Positions 23,841 to 36,724 of a DNA stretch of 64,000 bases are shown here, one piece after another. Numbering within the stretch: the stretch's first letter is position 1; each line of letters starts with the position of its first letter. A program made the position numbers and the translations under genes. The stretch is from Klebsormidium nitens (Eukaryota > Plantae > Klebsormidiophyceae). The DNA lies in the NCBI GenBank assembly GCA_000708835.1, contig DF236972.1, forward strand, positions 1 through 64,000, written 5' to 3'. The notes below the pieces were generated by a model. That model did not search any database. It worked only from the letters and a program-made list of their open reading frames with translations, and was not told the DNA's origin.

Positions 23841-26745
23841 ATGGCGGCCACAAAGGGAGCGCCGGCTTTCTCGGGGACTGTGGTGAAATGCCAGAAGTGC
23901 TCCAAGACGGTGTATCCAATGTGGGTTGCTTTCCTCAACTTTCTTCTAGCTTACTCATGTGGCAACTTTTGTAGTGTTGGTGGTGCATTTGTGTTGGCGC
24001 ATCTTGAAGATCTGATCTTGTCAGCATCTTGAAGCCAGTGTATGTCATACTCAAATTCCAAATTGCGGCCCTTTAAGCCTTGTCCTGCGATTGCAGGGAG
24101 CAATTGATTGCCGACAATGAGACCTACCACAAAACATGCTTTAGATGCACGCACTGCAGCACAATGCTGAAGGTGAGCACCAGGAAAATCGATGCGATGC
24201 AACTTCTAAATTGCTGGACTCACATTATGCGCACAATGGGGTTCCTCTTTCAAAAGCTGCACCTTCCTGTCCAGATTGACTCTTTGATTCTCTGTCATCA
24301 TTGTGTCTGCAAACCCTAGAGTTGGCAACAAACCGTTGCGGAGCTTGTTTGTCAGCTGCCAACTCAACACTGGAAGGATTAGCAATGTCGCTCCAAAACG
24401 AAGTTTCTCTACCAGGCTATCTGAATATACGCAGATCCTGTGATATATGACTATTCAAAATTGATGACGGGGAGATGGTGGAGGGGAGGGGGAAAGAGGG
24501 AAGAGAGGGGAGAGGGGTGAAGGGTGAGGGGTGAGGGGTGAGGGGTGAGGGGTGAACCCCTGAGCATATCCTATCATCCTTCTAATGCCTTCTGCATTTG
24601 TGAGCAGCTGAGAAACTCAAAGTTACAGCAGAAGGAGCTCAGAGACGTATTCTATGCATTACAAGCAGTTCGCCCAGTGACTGTCCTCAATGCCAGCAAG
24701 AAAACTTTCCTTGCTCATGTTTTTCTTGGGCCAATATAGCAGGCTCCGTAAATTGTCGGTGATCCAAAATGAGAAGTTTTTCAAGTTCCAGAATCAAGAG
24801 AGTTTGTTATTCAGTTCATCATACTCCAAGGCCTACTTGTCGGAGGAGAAAGCCAAATCACAACGTGAGGCAATTGCTAGTGTCTGGTTGATCATACTGC
24901 TCGCTTGTCATTTTATCCAGGCGCTTGTGAGCTGATGAATGTTGAAAGTACCTGTCTCTCTGCAGCTCGGAAATTATGCAGCAATCGGCGGAGCTGTGTA
25001 CTGCAAGCCCCATTTCAATCAGGTTCGGCACTTTCTACTCTTGGCTTTCCTCTGCGGACTCCAACACAATCTGGGGGCAACCCTATTCATATCTTGTTAG
25101 ATTTTAGATTTCCAGTAATTCTTGGTTACAGCCCTCCGTTCGTTGCTGTCTGTTTTCTGAGGCGTGTTCTAATGGTCTCCCAATGACCGACAGTCCGGCA
25201 GGCTCTATTTGGCATATCACTCTACAGATGCACAAGGTTCCTTCTTTTCATGGGGTGACCCGGTGAATATTGTCCTCTTATGCAGCTGTTCAAGTTGAAA
25301 GGGAACTACAGCGACAACTTTGCGGCCGGGGGCCTCCCTCCGCCAAAGCCAGATACGGCACCAAGCACGCCGAAAGCAAGCACAGCGACCGAAGGTCAGT
25401 CAGACTGCGTTCGCTTCTGACATCGGGGAAATCTCCGAGCGTGACTGTTGATGGCAGCTTTACCACCTTGAGGAGCCAGTAGATGCATCACGAAGAGCTC
25501 CTGAATCGGCCTTGTCAAAAGTGGCTTCTCAATCTAAGAACGACGAAACATGCCCGGGAGTCTTGTTGTTCCAGGGCAAAGCGAACATGATTCAGGAGTC
25601 TTACTGTTCGTTTCTTATACAGGTGCTGCTGCGTCTGCAGACAAGGTTGCTGACAAGGTGAAGAATCTGACGGTCTCTGCAAAGAAAGTGAGAAACGTTC
25701 CTTTCAGCAGACTTCCATTTTGTCATCCATGACAGTTCCTGTCTTCACTCCTGATTTTTGGAAAGATAGCTCAGTATTCCTGAGCTTCTGTTTCAGTTGC
25801 TCACTTCTCTTGCTTGAGTCATCACGCAAGATCTGTCTGTGGTTTGATGCGATTCCTTTAGCCCTCCGTATTGCAGTCATATGCAGTGAACGAAGTGCGT
25901 GCTGCCTACCGAATTGCTGAGACCTGACTGATTGTCCGTTTGCAGGAAGCGTCAAAGCCGTCTCCGCTTGCGGGAAAGTTTACGGGCACAACTGACAAGT
26001 GCGTTTCGTGTGGAAAAACGGTGTATCTCATCGAGAAGGTGAGGAATACCGATGATAGCATCGGCGTTTTGAAACCTCTTACTCGCCCTTGAGCTGTTGA
26101 CAACCTCGTCTCGTGCTCTGCTTGAGCAGGCATTTGTCTGACGTTTTTGGTCGACTCGACAATCGGGTCTTAAAAAGGCAGAAGTCAAGCGAGGTGCTTA
26201 TAGTGTTCTGAAAGTTTTTTGGCGTTGTCTGATTGCGTTGATCTGTGCAGGTTGTGGTGGAGAATAAGATCTACCACAAAGCGTGCTTCAAGTGCAGCCA
26301 TGCGAACTGCCCCCTGTCGACGTCCAACTATGCTTCCATGAACGGCAAGGTGAGGAGCCCAAGTGGACCGGATCGCCGATTTCAGTTTTTCACAGCTGTT
26401 TGCATCAAACTTGCCATCGGATGTCCAAACGTTCATGATTGTGGACCGTTTGTCGACGATTGGGTGGCATCTGTTGGTTCGACATGACTCTACACCTCAG
26501 AACCTGAAATCTGTGGGGCCACCTCAGAACCTGAATATTGTGTGGCAAGACTCTGGCAAAGAGCTGTTTTGACGACGCCTCTGTCCGAGGTCCGCGCGAA
26601 AGGTGCCATTGTATATCTGCTAACTCGCACCATTCATACCACTTCGCAGCTCTATTGCAAGCCACATCTACAACAGATTTTCAAGACCACTGGTGACTAT
26701 CGGCAAGCAGCGGGAGACGCTCCGTTATCAACACCACCCGTGTAA
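23841..26745 (+). CDS. Two-LIM-domain actin-bundling protein (plant WLIM/PLIM type)
   Basis: Eight exons giving FSGTVVKCQKCSKTVYPMEQL..YHKTCFRCTHC..YCKPHFNQLFK and FTGTTDKCVSCGKTVYLIEK..YHKACFKCSH..LYCKPHLQQIFK..*. All junctions are GT-AG and in frame. Confidence 0.93.
24469..24555 (+). repeat. G/A-rich low-complexity tract ending in (TGAGGGG)n
   Basis: ggggagatggtggagggg..gtgaggggtgaggggtgaggggtgaggggtga in LIM intron 2. Confidence 0.85.
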
Positions 26746-27358
26746 CGTTGTCGATACTCATTCAAACGAATCAGTCTCCCAGGGACAGCAGCAGGGGGCT
26801 GAATTGTAGAGCCTCAAAGTGAGAATTTGGGAACAAGTCGGCATGAAATGATTAGGGGCTTATCTGTCCGATCATGGTGTCTAGCTTAATGTCTACCCGT
26901 TGCTGCGGCTTGCACAAAAGCGGGGTTCCTGGAAGCACTCAAATGCTCTCTTCATGAGTCCAATCGGCATTGGTACAAACCCTGTCTATGGTCACACAAG
27001 ACTCCGTGGTTAGTATCGTTTAAGGGCCGACAGTCAAGAGAAGCCTACAATCACAGGCCCATGACTCGCGGTTCACCTGGTCGAACACACCCTTGACTTG
27101 CAGCGAGTATGCTGTATAATGGCTCACCGTTCTGCCGGAACTCTTTGGATCTTTCCTCGCTGCAAAGGCCAAATCCCAAGTATATGTACACGCTCCACAT
27201 GCCCTCACCGCCTAGTAGAGATTGACTCGAAGTGTTGAATATTACGTTCTATCAGCGACCCCATCATTGCAACATGGCCGGGACATTGGTGAAGTGATTT
27301 AAGATATATGTGCAATATTGCATGATGTTAGTCGTTCACTTGCACAATTGATAGGTGC

Positions 27359-27850
27359 GTGACAGCTGCCCCAAGTTATAACTACAGTTGGATGCATGTG
27401 AAGGGGAATACATCTGAGTTCATCATCCACAAGTGCATTGCATTGCGATGGTGCGCTCACCAGAATTTCATCTCCACAGAAGTCATGCTGGCTGCTCCTA
27501 CTACCGTCATTTGTATACAGGCCTCGGAGTGTCCAGTTACATCTGCCTAGGTAGCACATGCTACATTTCGATGGGAATGTCACTGCAACAACAACTTCCA
27601 CGTAGTGGCACAACTGATCGCCAACCACTTTGGGCATACAATCAAGCAGAAGAAGCCTGAAAACAGTTTTCCGCGTCGGTGGCTGCACCATCTTTGCAAT
27701 GTCAAGAATGGGCATCTGCTTCTGAAGCTCCGAATCCTATGCCAGGAATTGATCCCGAACTCGAATCTTGACAAATTCAGACATCAGCTTGCAAGGCCTT
27801 TCCTGCTCAACAACGACCATGACAGGTTACGTAGCCTTTCCTGGACCTGA
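27359..27850 (+). mobile_element. Possible decayed piggyBac-like transposase fragment
   Basis: One frame with an internal stop reads IALRW..NFIST..*..CNNNFHVVAQLIA..TIKQKK..FPRRWLHHL..LDKFRHQLARPFL. This resembles the piggyBac C-terminal pattern (W.D..ST, YN..M.GVD..DQL, K.KKW, FR..LA). No termini found. Confidence 0.28.
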
Positions 27851-27961
27851 GGAAGGCAGTCTTGACATTGGCAGGCAATTCATACACAAAAGGCAGTTAT
27901 GTGACAGTCGCTTTGGTGGTCATTTTTACAACACTATGATGAATGATCCCGGCTTAATCTT

Positions 27962-30361
27962 CTATGACGAGCCCACGAACTTCTCAATCGAGCTAACAAC
28001 GGTTACGTGCCTGCAAGAGAAAGAGATTGATTCATGAGATACTGCCAGGATCAAATGAGCTAAGTACCAATCGCGTGCAAATGGCGTTCAGATCTTCACA
28101 AAAACATTTTAGTTGAACATCATTCAGCAGACACCTCAAGAGGAACAGCGAAAGGACATTCGCAAGCTTGTAGCAGAGTCCGTCCAGCTCCGACTGGATT
28201 GCTCACCAGGGGTCAGCCAAATGTGCTAGCAGGTTGGCGAAGGGGCCCTCGCCGGTGACGTGTGATTGCGCAATGTAACCCAAGAATGCAAGCATAGCGA
28301 GTCTTCCTGCAAGGGCAAAAACATATTATGTGAGCCTCCAGATTGTGTTGTGTCTGCTGTCAGTTTGTTTGACTGGGACATCCGGACAGGGACGCCGTGC
28401 GGAGGTAACTACAGTGAGGAGTAACATTCACCACAAGACCAGTGGATGTGAATTACAAGAGCAATTTCAAGTCCCATCCCTTTCCAGTCCTTGGTCCTTC
28501 CAAAAACCTGTTGAATTCATGAGACACCCACCGTTGGCCAACTCCTTGTCCTTGGACTCCTTGTTGACGGGGAAGTTGAGGGGGTTGAAGATGCCTCCGG
28601 GGTATCCAACCTCGCCGGGGGGGAGCTTGTTTGAGGAGAAGATGGGGTCTTGGTAGACACTGCCAGGGTTAACAATGTCGTAGTATCTCCGTCCCTCAAC
28701 CTGCCGGGAGAATCAGAGTGATTAGCAACTTTGCATTTGGAGTAGGCTGCAGCTGTGGGATAGCCACACCGACGATCCTTTACACAAGCTTTGTTGCTTC
28801 CTGTTTTGATTGACTATGAAAACCCTTGGAAGAGTTTGATGGCTCGTACCTGGAAGCATCATTGCGTCTCTGCCGGCACTCACAAGTCTGGATGCACAAG
28901 CTTTAAAAAACAAGCGACGAGTCTCGCTAACTCACCCAGCCCATAAGGATGAGCTCCACCAGGAAGAGAGTGGAGGCGGGTGCGAAGTATTCGGCTTTGC
29001 CAGCATCGAACCACAACGGGGCGTTCCACAGGCCAGCCTTTGTGAGGATCTCGGGGACCAGAGCTCCGGCAGCGCCGAGCATGGCCCACCGTCCGTTCTG
29101 CAGCTCTGCCTGAACGTACCACTTCAGGTTGGCAGGGTCGGCGCCGAGGCCCAGAGGGTCAAAGCCGTTGTCGCCGGCAAGCCTGGCCGCCAAAAAGTTA
29201 GAAGGTTAGCGCAACCTTCTAACCGCCGCAGCCGTCTCATATGGTTATCTTTGCCTCTGATTGCAGACAAACCATCAGCATTGAAGACTTTCCATGGCAG
29301 GGGAAAGAGGCTAGGAATATCAGTTAAGTTGCTTAACCAATCAGTACAGGGTTGAGTGCTAGCTACAAGTTTGGCGAACAATACACTGTTACGCAAAGAT
29401 GCACCACAAAATCTGCCCAGGAACACTGCTAAGAAGAATCTAATGCCAGCTCATGGTGGCTTCCCCCGGCTACAAAGCCACCTATCTAAGCTGCTGTTCT
29501 GAGTTGTCTGTACTCTTGTATCTCTGGCAGCCATCTACTTGTTGACAGCTATCCTTTGCCTTGATCCCAGTCTTGAGAATCCTAAGCAGGGCTTGCCCAG
29601 CACCTTTCTACTTGCAAAAGATTGAAAAGGTAGCACCGTCTCATGTCATTGCAGTCCCCCAGAGCCCTCACACTGCCTCTAACATGATATAGAACTCAGA
29701 GTGGAAGGACCATGACAAACGAACTTTCGGAGGTTGGAGCCGGCTTCTTCTTCTCTCAGAGTTGGGGAAACGAAATTGACCATATGCTGCAGATAGCTAT
29801 AACACCAGCAACAAAGTACTTTGTCTACAAGGTGTCCATTCTGAAAATTTTCAAAGTTCTGCACAGCACTTTCTGCAGCTTTCTTTGTCAACTAACATGC
29901 TAATCTCATTTAGAATCAGCTTGCAGACAGCAAATGCCAGCGAATGTGTACATCAATTTCAGCCAGATTGTACAGTCGCTTCTACGGTGCAGTTACCGAC
30001 GGCATGATTCATCTGATCCAAATGCACCATGATTTTGCTGTAGCATTGACCTCTTTGGACAGAAGTCTCGACAAACCCCGCTCCAAACACTCAAACAAGT
30101 CTACAATCCACAGCATTTGGCCGGTACGGAGACTTACTCGCCCTTCAAGTACTCCGGGGCCTCTGATCCCGGGGCGTAGGGTGCTTCCCGAGCAAAAACG
30201 CGTGCACCATTCTTAGGTGCATTGATTGCCTTGTTGCCTGCCAAGAATGAGCCCCGGGTGGGGGCAGCGACGTTCAGGCACGTCTTGCTGGCTGAGACCT
30301 TGCACGCCCCCAGCTGCAGAGCCGTCGACACCCCGACCTTGGCAAGCACAGAGGACGCCAT
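27962..30361 (-). CDS. LHCA4: Photosystem I light-harvesting chlorophyll a/b protein, Lhca4-type
   Basis: Transit peptide exon ~30139-30361, then [29 protein letters not shown] (~28935-29187), [37 protein letters not shown] (~28529-28702), [23 protein letters not shown] (~28208-28306) and a last exon 27962-28010. Confidence 0.9.
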
Positions 30362-31175
30362 TATTGATACGAAGTTACCTGCTCTGCAATCTAGAAACTC
30401 TAGGGCGTCCTTTTCGCGCAGTGCAAGTACTTCGTATGCTCAACACAATCTGAAGAGAGCAAACAGGAGAGACGAATGGTGGTTGCGAAGAGCAATGCGG
30501 CGCATTCGAAGCTGGCGCCAGATTCTGGATGACCGTCCTCTCACAAATTCACATTTCTTGAGGCCTTGTTTCACGCAATGTGTATCTATTTCAGTGCCAA
30601 TACCTGCACACTTTCTCTTCGCTACGGGCCTTTGCCTCTACTCAGAATCGGACGGCTCGACATGCGCGAAGAACTCTGCTTTCATATCGAGATGATTTCA
30701 CGGTCGAGATGTGCAATCTGCTATATCCAATCAAGAAGGTGGGGAAGCTGTGACTGGAGCCCGGAACAGATTCGGAAGGACGGATCGAACCATGGGGGTT
30801 GGCCAAGGGGTCTGGGACCTTCACGGCTCCCTGACTGACTTTCTTAGCGCGCGCGTACCTGAAGTTCAGCGGGTACGATACCGCAACGTACGGTTTTGTA
30901 ATGGTGCGTACCACATTGCAGTTCGGACTGTCCGATCCGAGCCCAAAAAGAGGACGTCCGCAATGGCGCCTGCAACCGTCGCTTACGGTAGACTGCCGGG
31001 ACGTACTACAGTCTACACTGCATAATTTTGCATCATGATTCATGATCGAGAGAAGGGAGAGTAGCATTGGCAAGTCAAGGTGTTTCCACATCGTAGCAAG
31101 AACAAGATCAAAACTGTCTTCGAAATTGCATCGGAAGCTCCTCATGTAAGCTTGTTTCTACCATTGGCCGCCACC

Positions 31176-34100
31176 ATGTCTCCAGTCGCCTCTGATTCGG
31201 CAATCGCCGAGGCGGCGGTCGCAACGCCAGTTCCCGAGGATCTCGAGCCAGCGGTAGCTGCTGATGGGGGGGAGAGCGTGGAGCAGAATGTGACCCCCTG
31301 GGAGGTGCAGGGCGCTGATGGTCAGGGTATTGACTACGACAAACTGGTGGAGAAGTTTGGGTGTCAGAAACTGGACGAGGCAACAATTGCAAGGGTTGAG
31401 CGCCTGACGGGGATGCCGGCACATCCGTTTCTCAAAAGAGGGATCTTCTTTGCTGTCAGGTAAGCGGAGGTTGTGCGGAACATAATGCTGTCACATTGTA
31501 CTAAGATTGTACCACCCAGGATCTTTTACCACTTTTCTAACGCACTTGCAGCTGTTTGAGCGTATATGTCCGAGCTCAGCCGGATGATTGGCGCAATGTC
31601 TCAGGCAGAAGCAACAGGCTTTCTCTATATTTCAGCAGAACTTGCTCTCCAGTGGACAATGGGCATCCTCCCTCAGCTTCTAATGAGCGAAAAGTTAAAA
31701 CATACCACCACCAGACGCTCACTTCGCGATGGATAGCTGAAGAAGTTCAACCCCATTTGCTTTGAATTCTTAAAACAGTAGGCCTGGTGCAAGCGTTGTT
31801 CATTTGATCCATATGAATCAAAACAACCTTTTTTCGAGAGAAGAAAACGGTTTATTTCACTGCAGGGATTTCAATGACATCTTGGATGCATATGAAGCCG
31901 GGAAAAAGTTCTACCTGTACACTGGCCGAGGCCCCTCGTCAGAATCGCTCCACCTTGGCCATCTCATTCCCTTCCAATTCACGAAGTGAGCGCACCACCT
32001 GTTTCTCTTACTGCAGATCTTGTGTCTGATTGTAGTTGACAGACGAATATGTGATCCCGAGGTGCTCGCACTTTATGATCAATTGGTCGGGCACACTGTA
32101 GATTGTGTTCAGAGAGTTGCTGAACGACTGGTTCCATGGTCGTACCACCATACATTCAAAGGGTATGCACTTAGAAAGGGACCCCAAGAGCACGTTTGAC
32201 GTGTAACCCCTCAAACGGGAGAGGGTGGAAGCTCTCTGAGGAAGCTTTTCTGTCAGCCATGATGCAGGAAAGCTATGTGGCTTAGCGGTTGGGCTCAGGT
32301 CGTCGGTTTCACTCAGTTTGTCGTACCAGGTCTTCCTGAAGCATGAGAAACATAATGGCTCTTTGTAATTTTGGGCCTCCCACCGGGTAAGTCAATGGAG
32401 AACTGCTGCGAGATCCCTTCCGATCCAGACAAAGATACAATCGTGCTGCAAACACGGCCCTCGCAGGCATAGGACCTGTTCAAAGGTCGGCACTCCTGCC
32501 ATCAAAAGGTCTGCTCTTATCAGAAGTAGGCAACCTCCTATGTAGCCACTCCTATGAAACACAGTTACTTGCAGAACACACATCTTCTGAGCCACAAGCA
32601 CATTCCGAGGCACCGCTTTAATAAGCGGAAGATCTGCATCATACAGGATTCTCTGCTCTTGAAAACATTCACTTGATCTGCAGATACCTGCAAGACGCAT
32701 TCAAGGTGCCGCTGGTAATCCAATTGACGGACGACGAAAAAGCCATCTGGAAGAATCTGAGCGTCGACGAAGCACGGCGGCTGGCGCGAGAGAACGCGAA
32801 GGATATCATTGCGTGCGGTTTCGACGTGACGCGAACGTTCATCTTTGCGGACTTTGATTACGTGGGGGGACCGTTCTACCGGAACATCGTGCAGATTGCG
32901 CGGTGCGTCACGTATAACCAGGTGCGTTTTTGATACAAGACATACAAGGAGCAGATCTGTGTACTCGCTTTGATTACCCGTGATATAATCTCCTCAAAGG
33001 AGCCTGCAAGCGCTCAGCTTGACAGTAGTTGAAGGACCGGTTGTGGAGAACTTCTATTGCAGCGGTGCACCTACCACTTTTCTGGTCACAAATGCAGTAC
33101 GGTTAGGAGTCGATATGCCAGACAGCTCGTTGGGCTTCTGCATTGGAGATTGAACACTTCCAAGACGGATTGGAGCACACGATTCAACCGAGAAACGGGA
33201 AATAGCCTTTGGCTTCCTCTTGAGATCGCAGCTGTGGTGGTCACGGGCTAAACGATGGTCCAACAACCGCGCTTTTCCAAGAAGCTGTCATTGAAGAGAC
33301 TCGGTGTCCGTCCAATCGCTCTAGTTATCTATCAGTAGTAAACAATCAGAGAGATTTTTGCAGGTCAAGGGCATCTTCGGGTTCACGAACGACGACAACA
33401 TCGGCAAGATTGGTTTCCCCCCTGTACAGGTAAGTGGCTTGCGTTGGAATCGGTGCACAGAATTGGAGCGGAATCATGCAGACAATAGCGTTCTCTTGGC
33501 ATTTCGAAGCGCCGCTCGACCTTGGTGATCAGCAGCTTTTGGAAAGCTCATATCGGAATGCTTCTTATAGCTTTCTCAACTGCAATACGACCGTCTGCAT
33601 TGTAGCAGGTCCAGCATTCTCATAAAGGCTTACTTAACATCTGTTGTGACGTCTGGAACATTCCAGGCTCCGTCGAAAGAGTATGATTTGCCATTTTCGT
33701 AACGGTGTCGCTCTTACAGGCCGCCCCGTCTTTCCCAACCTCCTTCCCTCACCTCTTCGGCTCTGATCGGGACATCCGATGTCTCATACCATGCGCAATA
33801 GACCAAGTAAGCTGAGGCTTTTACGAAGTGTCGATTTTGGTGTGTGCTGAACGGAGAGTTAGCCGTTCGCCTCTTTAGTTCAGTAGGGCTTGCTTCCTGT
33901 CAGCAAACGGATCGACCACTACAACTTGCTCAAGAAAAGGCGCATTTTTTTAGAGTGCTAGTCTAGGTAAAAGCACGCGCTGGGTGATTCCGATGAAAGG
34001 CTATAGCGGCTGGATAGAGTATTCCTGTTCAATGCATGCTGGCGTCGCTTCGCTGTACGTCTTAGTCAGATTGTTGCTGCGGACAAGAGAATCACAAGTT

Positions 34101-36724
34101 GGGACAAACAGCGCTCGTCACGATCATTGTATCTAGCAGCAGATGTGGTGGCTGGCCCCATCGATTCACATGAGGGGTACTTTACAGTCTGCGCCTCTGC
34201 TTGTGCTACGACCAAATTCGCAGTAAATGGCTCAATGCGCGTTGATCTGGCTACCGCTTTCCTTTGCAGGACCCTTACTTTCGAATGACGCGCGACGTTG
34301 CACCTCGGCTGGGATATCACAAACCCGCGTTGATAGAGTCGCGGTTCTTCCCAGCCCTTCAGGTGAGCCTCGGAACGCGTTTTGACTATCGTTGACATAC
34401 TATGGCACCTCTCGCGTGGAGCCGACGGACGCGGCTTGGATGGTTCCACTTGGATCAAAGTGGGCGGAAAAGGTTGTGTCTGCCCGTCCTCCAATCGAGC
34501 GGAATCATGTTTGTCACTGAGTTGGAACGGAAGATTAGAAGAGAAGATTGGAAATAAAACGGCTGGTGTACCTTTTGAGTATCGACGGACTTGGGATAAG
34601 TTCCCTGGTAAGCAAGGTCGGTCCGTCGTGGAGGTGAACAGCACAGGCTGATACCGCTCCATGGAAGCGCCCCGCCGTGCTTCTGCAGAGACCAAAGACG
34701 GTTTACATTCACTCCAAGATCTTTTCATGATATCGGTTCGGAATTGGAGACGGTGTAGACTACAAGGAGCATCGTATTGTTGAATGACATCAACGGAAGC
34801 AGTCATTTTGGGATCCGCAAAGTGTTCATCTTGGTCAAGCTCTGTGCACAAGCAGCTACACAAAGAGCAGCTAAAAGCAAAACCCGCCGAATCTGCGGAC
34901 GAAGAGAGCCCACCGGAATCTCTCTCAGCGGCTTTTGGAGTGCAAGCGTTCGAAGCTAGTGTGCATTGCGGCCCTCCGTCAAAAAGAGGTTAACGGAGAA
35001 TGCTTCACACTCGCAGGGCGAAAACACGAAAATGAGCGCGAGCGACCAGACGTCGGCCATCTACGTGACGGATACAGCGAAGCAAATACAAGAAAAGGTG
35101 AGCGCAAGGCAAAGATTGGAAGGAAAAGGGAACGGCGCCTCGCAGGGCCTCAAAGAAAGATTTGTCAGAGTGGATTCATAGCTCCTCATCAAGCTCAGGT
35201 ATCGTGGCTATTTGAATCGTAGACATCTAAAAGGACAAGCATCGGGAACAGAGAGCTTTCCGTTTCTGTGGGCTCGTGGCCTAAGAGCTTGCTGTCATTT
35301 AGTGAGAAGTGGCCCTTCACGGCACAGCATGCGGTAGACTAAAGAAGATGTGCTCGGCTGTTAGTCCGTTTGCAGATTGCTTGCCTTCATTTCGACCCTT
35401 ATGCGCTCTGGGGGCAACGCGGGAATTAAAGTACAACCAACGAGGTGCAGTCCGTTTGGAAACCTAACTCATTTTCACAAAGTTGCAACTTCAGATCTAA
35501 CACAACCCGCCCTTGCAAACCAGCAGCTCACTTGAATCAACATAACTCACCCTTGCAGACTTGCAACTCGCTTCGACAACCAAACCCACTTCAGCAATCC
35601 CGTTAGGTCAGGAAGTACGCAACTTTGGGCGGTCGCTAAACTCGAGCACCGCTGGTTTTAAATAAACTGAACCCATGTCCGCAATTCCCCACCTCATTCG
35701 AATCAACCTAAACCACTTTCGCAAACCCATCAGGTTAGGAAGTACGCGTTCTCGGGCGGCCGCCAGACCAAGGAGGAGCACCGCGCGCTCGGCGCAAACC
35801 TAGACGTCGACGTGCCATTTAAGTGGCTCACGTTTTTCCTGGACGACGACGAACAATTAGAGGCGATCCGGCGGGATTACGGCAGCGGGGTTATGTTTAC
35901 GGGGGAGGTTAAGGACACGCTGATTGCGTTGCTGCAAGGGATGGTTGCGCGCCACCAGGCCGCACGGACCATGGTCACGGAAGAGGTTAGCCGGCCAAAC
36001 TAAATTTTTGGGTTCATTGGAGCATGACTAATGGATTATGAGGATGTTTTCTTCTTCAGCCCGTCTTACGTTGATTCTCCGCTGACTGTTCGGTTCAACT
36101 TCGCTATTTGGTGATGGCTTCTTTTCAGGCTCCTCTTTGTTCTCTTGTCGTTTCGCAGGTTTCAAATTTGACTCGAGTCTGCTGTTTGTTTGTTTCTCTA
36201 CTGCCATCTCTTGTTGCCTTTCGGTGCTGGTGAAGCCGAGCTGCCCATCCCTTTCGGCTCGTTTCGTTTTTCACGTGCTTATTCCATCCACTGAAAAGCA
36301 TCCTACGCTTTTACCTCCTTTCAGCGTGTCTCTCCTTGCCTCCGTGGCTTGGAAGTGTTGGGCATTGTCCCAATTCCGGTCGGCTGTCCTTATCGACTCA
36401 GGCGAAGTGGAAAGTGGTTCAGGGCTTCCCTGCGATCGAAGCAAGATTCCGTGTCCTGGTCTGCACATCTATGTGGCAGGCCCTTAGCAAAGGAGTCGGA
36501 CAAAGTCTTGGTTTTCCACCTGGATCGAGCGAGTCAATCCGTTGCTGAAAGTCACTCGGCATAATGCTTCGGACTGGTTCCAGGGGATCTCTGCTTCTGG
36601 ACGAGTTGAAGGACGAATCAAAACGGTCTTCCCCTCATTCCTTTCTTGACGTCACTTCGCCATGCTTGTGCAGATGGTGGACGTCTTCATGTCACCACGC
36701 CCTCTCCCGAACATGTTTGATTGA
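31176..36724 (+). CDS. WARS: Cytosolic tryptophanyl-tRNA synthetase
   Basis: Nine exons with [29 protein letters not shown] (HIGH motif), [39 protein letters not shown] and a terminal [16 protein letters not shown]. Confidence 0.96.

Noticed and set aside
26493-26535. 16-bp direct repeat cacctcagaacctgaa in a LIM intron
   Set aside because: Simple local slippage duplicate with no splice or coding implication.
31440-31460. TrpRS FFAVRD instead of the usual FF[AS]HRD
   Set aside because: From recall this position varies among eukaryotes, so it is not evidence of altered function or editing.
34066-34863. 265-aa minus-strand ORF
   Set aside because: Lies antisense across a TrpRS exon and introns, with no recognisable motif.
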